The position numbers and the translations under genes were made by a program. DNA of 57,769 bases from NCBI GenBank assembly GCA_964631855.1, contig CAZWAM010000004.1, positions 3,508 through 61,276 on the forward strand. The letters are read 5' to 3'. Shown here piece by piece: positions 53,430 to 57,769 of the stretch. Below the pieces are notes generated by a model. The model made no database searches, had not been told where the DNA came from, and worked only from the letters and a program-made list of their open reading frames with translations. Position 1 is the first letter of the stretch, and each line of letters opens with the position of its first letter. This DNA is from an uncultured bacterium. Its GTDB lineage: Bacteria > RBG-13-66-14 > B26-G2 > WVWN01.

Positions 53430-55763
53430 ATGGACGAAGGTTCGTTGAAAGCGCTCGAGTTCGAACGCATCCGCGAGGCCGTCGCGTCGTACGCCTTCTC
53501 GCCGCTGGGGGCCGAGCGCGCCCGGGCCATGGTGCCGGAGGCGAAGACTGCCGCGCGCCGTCAGGCCGAAGCGGCCGAGATGATGGCCTACGCGTCCGCG
53601 GGGAAGGATATACCGTTAACCGGCTTAGCCGACGTCAGGCCCCTGCTGAAAAGGCTCGAGCTGGAGGGCGTCTTGACGGGCGCCGAGCTCGTCCAAATCC
53701 GCGACTTCCTGTTCGCCGCGGCGCGCGCGAAAAAAGCTTTCGGCGCGGAGGGCGATTTCCCGAGCGTCGCCACGTACGCGGCGCCGCTCGAGCCGCTCCG
53801 CGACGTCGCCGACGATATCACGGGCCAGGTGGACGACGACGGCGCGGTCCGCGACGACGCCACCGCGAAGCTCGCCCAGCTACGCAAGAAGATAGCGGCC
53901 AAAAGGGAGGAGATCCAGGCGGCGCTCGAGCGCCTACTCAATTCGCCCAAAATAAAGCGCGCGCTGCGCGAGCCTATCGTAACGCAGCGGAGCGGCCGCT
54001 ACGTCCTCCCGGTGCGCACGGACTCTATGGGCGCCGTTCGCGGCATCGTCCACGCCCATTCCGGCAGCGGCGTCACCGCCTTCGTCGAGCCGATGTCCGT
54101 GGTCGAGCTCAACAACGACCTCGAGGGCCTGACGGCGGAGGAGCAGGCGGAGGTGGAGCGCATTCTCCGGACGCTGTCGGCGCGGTGCGCGGCGGAACGC
54201 GACGGCTTAGCGCTGGATATAGAGCTTCTGGCGGAATTGGACTTCGTCGCCGCCCGGGCCGGCTACGGCCTCGCGTACCGCTGCACGATACCCGCGATAA
54301 CGGCCCAACCGACGTTATCGCTCTTGTCGGCCAAACACCCCTTGCTCCTCGCCTCGCGCGCGCCCGAGGAGGTCGTCCCGGTCGACTTTTCGCTCGGCGA
54401 CGGCTTCGCGGGAATGGTTATCTCCGGGCCCAACAACGGCGGCAAAACCGTATCGCTCAAAACCGCCGGCCTTCTGGCCGCGATGGCCCTGGCCGGCGTG
54501 CCGGTCCCCGCCTCCGAAGGGAGCACCGTCGGCGAATTCACGCGCATCCTCGCCGACATCGGCGACGAATCTTCCATCGAGGGCAACCTCAGCACGTTCA
54601 CGGCTCATATGAGAAACGTGGGCCGGTTCCTGGAGGCCGCGGACGAACGCTCGCTCGTCCTGCTCGACGAGGTGGGCGTGGGCACGTCGCCGAAATACGG
54701 CGTCGCGATCGCGATTACGGTCCTCCGCCGGCTGGAAGAACGCGGCGCCCGCGTGGCCTGCACGACCCATTACGACGAACTTAAAACGTTCGCCTCCGAC
54801 GAAGAGGGCTTCGTCAACGCCGCGGTCGACTTCGACGCCGCGACGCTTAAGCCCACCTACGAATTAAAAATAGGCCGCCCGGGCACGAGCGAGGCCGTGG
54901 CCATTCTCGAGCGGCTGGCGTTTCCCCGGGAAGTAGTCGCCGGCGTCGTCGACGCCCTCGGCGAAGAAGAGGTCTCGCTGGCCCGATTGATCGCCCGGCT
55001 CGAGCAACGCGAGGCGGCTGCCGCGGCGCTGGCCGACGGGCTCGCCGCTTTGAAGGCGGAATACGAAACCAAGCTCGCCGCGCTTGAGGAAGAACGGCGC
55101 CGTCACGACGCCCACGTGGCCCGCCTCCGCGAAGACGCTTACGCCGAGGCGGCGAAGATTGTCCGCGAAGCCCGCCGGGAGGCCAACGTGATCATCCGCG
55201 AGTTGCGCGCAAAAACGGACATCGCCGCGGCCGAGGAACAGCGACAACGGCTGCTCGAGGCGGAAAAGGAGGCGACGGCGCAAAAAGAACGCCTCGCGCC
55301 GCGCGTTCCGCCCGGCGACGAGCCGAGCGCGGCAATAAACGAAGGCTCGTGGGTGACGGTGCGCGGCACCGGGACCAAAGGCCGGGTGGTGGAGGTGGAC
55401 CGGTCCAAAGGGCGCGCGCGCGTCCGCTTCGGCGCCGTGGAGGCGTGGGTGGACCTGGCCGACCTGGCGCAGGCGCGGGAACCGGCGAAAAGGGGCGGCG
55501 TGAAAGTCTCTTTGGAGGCGGAGGTCTCGCCCAGCTTAAACCTTATCGGCTACAACGTGGAGGAGGCGCTCCTCGAGCTCGCGCGCTACCTCGACCGCGC
55601 GGTCGCGGCGCAGATGCCGAGCGTCGAGATAATCCACGGCCACGGGACCGGGCGCCTCCGCGAGGGGATTCGCCAATTCCTGCGCACCCACGCCGCGGTG
55701 GCCTCGTACGGCCCGGGCGCAGGCGGCAATGAGGGCGTTACGGTCGTACGGTTCCGTAACTAA
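53430..55763 (+). CDS. mutS2: Endonuclease MutS2 (MutS domain V ATPase plus C-terminal Smr domain)
   Basis: Start preferred at ATG 53430 (MDEGSLKALEFERIRE). ISGPNNGGKTVSLKT (Walker A), LVLLDEVGVGTSP, and C-terminal LNLIGYNVEEAL...VEIIHGHGTGRLREGIRQFL (Smr). Confidence 0.9.
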   Translation: MDEGSLKALEFERIREAVASYAFSPLGAERARAMVPEAKTAARRQAEAAEMMAYASAGKDIPLTGLADVRPLLKRLELEGVLTGAELVQIRDFLFAAARAKKAFGAEGDFPSVATYAAPLEPLRDVADDITGQVDDDGAVRDDATAKLAQLRKKIAAKREEIQAALERLLNSPKIKRALREPIVTQRSGRYVLPVRTDSMGAVRGIVHAHSGSGVTAFVEPMSVVELNNDLEGLTAEEQAEVERILRTLSARCAAERDGLALDIELLAELDFVAARAGYGLAYRCTIPAITAQPTLSLLSAKHPLLLASRAPEEVVPVDFSLGDGFAGMVISGPNNGGKTVSLKTAGLLAAMALAGVPVPASEGSTVGEFTRILADIGDESSIEGNLSTFTAHMRNVGRFLEAADERSLVLLDEVGVGTSPKYGVAIAITVLRRLEERGARVACTTHYDELKTFASDEEGFVNAAVDFDAATLKPTYELKIGRPGTSEAVAILERLAFPREVVAGVVDALGEEEVSLARLIARLEQREAAAAALADGLAALKAEYETKLAALEEERRRHDAHVARLREDAYAEAAKIVREARREANVIIRELRAKTDIAAAEEQRQRLLEAEKEATAQKERLAPRVPPGDEPSAAINEGSWVTVRGTGTKGRVVEVDRSKGRARVRFGAVEAWVDLADLAQAREPAKRGGVKVSLEAEVSPSLNLIGYNVEEALLELARYLDRAVAAQMPSVEIIHGHGTGRLREGIRQFLRTHAAVASYGPGAGGNEGVTVVRFRN

Positions 55764-55781
55764 TATTGAAGGTGTATAGGC

Positions 55782-56975
55782 GTGACAGATAAGCTCGCTA
55801 TCGACGGCGGCCCGCCGGTACGGGAGGAATTCCTCCCCTATTCGCGGCCGGTCCTCAGCGACGAAGACGTAGCCGCGGCGGTGCGCGTCTTGAGGTCCGG
55901 GTGGCTCACCACCGGCCCGGACATCCCCGAACTCGAGCGGAAATTCGCCGCGTTCGTCGGCGCGGAGCACGCCGTGGCCGTCTCGAGCTGTACCGCGGCG
56001 CTCCACATCACTTACCTAACCGTACCCCTGCGCGCGGGCGACGAGGTTATAGTCCCGGCGCTAACGTTCTCCGCCACGGCGGCGGCGGCGGTGGCGGTGG
56101 GAGGCCGGCCCGTCGTCGCGGACGTCCGCGAAGACTTGAACATAGACCCGGCCGACGTCGAAAGGCGGCTGGGCCCCAGAACTCGAGCCGTGGCCGTCGT
56201 CCACATGGGCGGCCTGCCCTGCGACATGACGTCGCTCGAGGCTACCTGCCGCGAGCACGACCTCGCGCTAATCCAGGACTGCGCCCACGCCGTGGGCGCT
56301 ACGTACGAGGGCCGACCGTTGGGGGGGCGGGGCCACACGGCCTGTTATTCTTTCCACGCCGTAAAGCAAATCGCCGCGGGAGAGGGCGGCGCCGTCACGA
56401 CGAACGACGCCGCGGTCGCGGCCAAAGGCCGGCTATACCGGAACCACTCCTTGACAACTTCCGCCGCGGAACGACACGGCCCGGCCGCCGGCTACCGCTA
56501 CGACATCGTCGGCCTGGGTTACAACTACCGGATGCCGGACGTGAACGCCGCGCTCGCGAGCTCCCAGCTCGAGCGGTTCGCCGAGGACGACGCGCGCCGC
56601 CAGGCCGTGGCCGCGGCCTACGACGATGCCTTCGCCTCCCGCGACGACCTCGAGATTATCCAAACGCCGGCCGACGTCAAAAACGGCCGACATTTATACG
56701 TCGTAAAGCTCCGGCTCGAGGCGCTAAGCGAGGGCCGCGACGCCGTATTCCGGGCCCTCCGCGCCGAGAACGTCGGCGTGAACGTCCATTACATACCGCT
56801 TCATTACCACTCGTTCTACCGCGACAACTTCGGGTACCGGCGCGGAGATTTCCCCAAGGCCGAGGCGCTGTTCGAACGCATCGTAACGTTGCCGCTCTTC
56901 GCCGCGATGACGGACCGCGACGTCGGCGACGTCCTGACAGCCGTCGACAAAGTCCTAAGCTATTATAGGAAGTGA
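55782..56975 (+). CDS. DegT/DnrJ/EryC1/StrS-family PLP aminotransferase (PseC-like sugar aminotransferase)
   Basis: 397 aa. ...SGWLTTGP...SSCTAALH...DCAHAVGA...SFHAVKQIAAGEGGAVTTND (PLP-binding Lys context)...NYRMPDVNAAL... Confidence 0.85.
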   Translation: MTDKLAIDGGPPVREEFLPYSRPVLSDEDVAAAVRVLRSGWLTTGPDIPELERKFAAFVGAEHAVAVSSCTAALHITYLTVPLRAGDEVIVPALTFSATAAAAVAVGGRPVVADVREDLNIDPADVERRLGPRTRAVAVVHMGGLPCDMTSLEATCREHDLALIQDCAHAVGATYEGRPLGGRGHTACYSFHAVKQIAAGEGGAVTTNDAAVAAKGRLYRNHSLTTSAAERHGPAAGYRYDIVGLGYNYRMPDVNAALASSQLERFAEDDARRQAVAAAYDDAFASRDDLEIIQTPADVKNGRHLYVVKLRLEALSEGRDAVFRALRAENVGVNVHYIPLHYHSFYRDNFGYRRGDFPKAEALFERIVTLPLFAAMTDRDVGDVLTAVDKVLSYYRK

Positions 56976-56976
56976 A

Positions 56977-57741
56977 TTGGGCGTGGACGAGGCGGTCGCA
57001 TTAATACAAGCCCGCCTGGGCTCGAGCCGCTTGCCGGGCAAGGTCCTATTACCCCTCGCGGGAAGGCCGGTGCTGGCACACGTGGTCGAGCGTTGCCGAG
57101 CAACGCCCGGCGTCGAAGGGGTGGTGGTCGCCACGACGGAGGCGGCCGAAGACGACGCCGTCGCGGCCTGCGCGCGGGCGTGGGGCGCGGAAGTATTCCG
57201 CGGCTCGGCGGAGGATGTCCTGGGGCGCTTCGCCGCGGCGGCGCAAGTCTTCCCGGCGCGCGACTACGTTCGCATCACCGCGGACTGTCCGCTCACGGAC
57301 CCGCAAATCGTCGCCGCCGTGCTCGCCGCTCACGGAACCGGCGGCTACGACTTTTCGTACAACGAGGTACCGACCGACTTCCCGCGAGGATACGACGTAG
57401 AGGTCGTCAAAGGCGAAACGCTGACGTGGCTCGCCGCGCACTGCCAAGACCCCACGTCGCGCGAACACGTAACGGCCTACTTCTTCGAACACGGAACCGA
57501 CTTTAAAATATTCAAGTTGCCGCCGGCCCGGGCGGAGGCGGACTTCTCCCGCTTCCGCCTGGTTTTGGACGAGCCGTCCGATTATGAGCTTCTGCGCCGA
57601 ATTTTCGATAGGCTGGCCCGGAAACGACTCTTCGGCCTCGCGGACGTGGTGGAGCTTCTCGAGGCCGAGCCGGCGCTCGCGGAAATAAACCGCGACGTAG
57701 CGCAGAAAGAGCCGCCGCGGCCGCCGCACGTAAAAAAATAA
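56977..57741 (+). CDS. Cytidylyltransferase-fold protein (SpsF / COG1861-like)
   Basis: 254 aa. ALIQARLGSSRLPGKVLLPLAGRPVL...VVATT...ITADCPLTDP... Confidence 0.75.
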   Translation: MGVDEAVALIQARLGSSRLPGKVLLPLAGRPVLAHVVERCRATPGVEGVVVATTEAAEDDAVAACARAWGAEVFRGSAEDVLGRFAAAAQVFPARDYVRITADCPLTDPQIVAAVLAAHGTGGYDFSYNEVPTDFPRGYDVEVVKGETLTWLAAHCQDPTSREHVTAYFFEHGTDFKIFKLPPARAEADFSRFRLVLDEPSDYELLRRIFDRLARKRLFGLADVVELLEAEPALAEINRDVAQKEPPRPPHVKK

Positions 57742-57762
57742 GGGGCCGCGCGGCCCCTTATT
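57742..57762 (+). terminator. Hairpin after the last gene (weak T tract)
   Basis: ggggcc (57742-57747), loop gcgc, ggcccc (57752-57757), then ttatt. Confidence 0.35.
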
Positions 57763-57769
57763 CGCTCGA

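Noticed and set aside
53249-53530. 93-aa minus-strand ORF in the porin/mutS2 divergent region
   Set aside because: It overlaps the mutS2 5' end, has no ribosome-binding site, and has odd composition. The ORF-track N-terminal extension of mutS2 (53319-53429) was likewise trimmed to the MDEGSLKALEFERI start.

Overview
GC-rich bacterial chromosomal segment. It is probably from an uncultivated lineage, possibly in the FCB superphylum, judging from Por/T9SS-type C-terminal sorting domains and a protein family I recall from Bacteroidota; that placement is inference only. Coding density is high, and every gene from about 19.8 kb to 53.0 kb lies on the minus strand. I found no transposase, integrase, CRISPR array or rRNA.

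Contents in order:
- a fused membrane/spermidine-synthase-like gene that runs off the left edge
- yggT, a PfkB kinase and an amidohydrolase
- a glycan cluster (2x GT4, GT2, and an SDR-epimerase::GT2 fusion) with rpmB embedded
- pgeF-mrdA-rodA
- an outer-membrane block: a small beta-barrel, tRNA-CAT, a large beta-barrel and a propeller lipoprotein
- a tightly packed operon: coaD, usp, PhnD-like binding protein, CDP-alcohol phosphatidyltransferase, UbiA prenyltransferase, geranylgeranyl reductase, zinc-ribbon protein, B12-type radical SAM and ThiF-like E1
- a secreted-hydrolase island: one S8 subtilase plus five tandem paralogs of a large M28 peptidase. In each paralog a 7-blade Asp-box propeller is nested inside the peptidase fold, and each ends in a sorting-type C-terminal domain
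- dnaK, a NYN-domain gene and an in-frame receiver(REC)::Hsp20 fusion
- a porin followed by pstSCAB-phoU
- mutS2 and two sugar-modification genes (DegT-type aminotransferase, SpsF-like cytidylyltransferase)

Most interesting:
- the five-copy M28/propeller array, which carries a 161-bp perfect junction repeat and one copy that has lost catalytic residues
- the REC::Hsp20 fusion with a strong internal ribosome-binding site
- the isoprenoid-lipid-like cassette coupled to a B12 radical SAM/ThiF pair

All functional calls rest on motifs read by eye from the translations. No database search was run.
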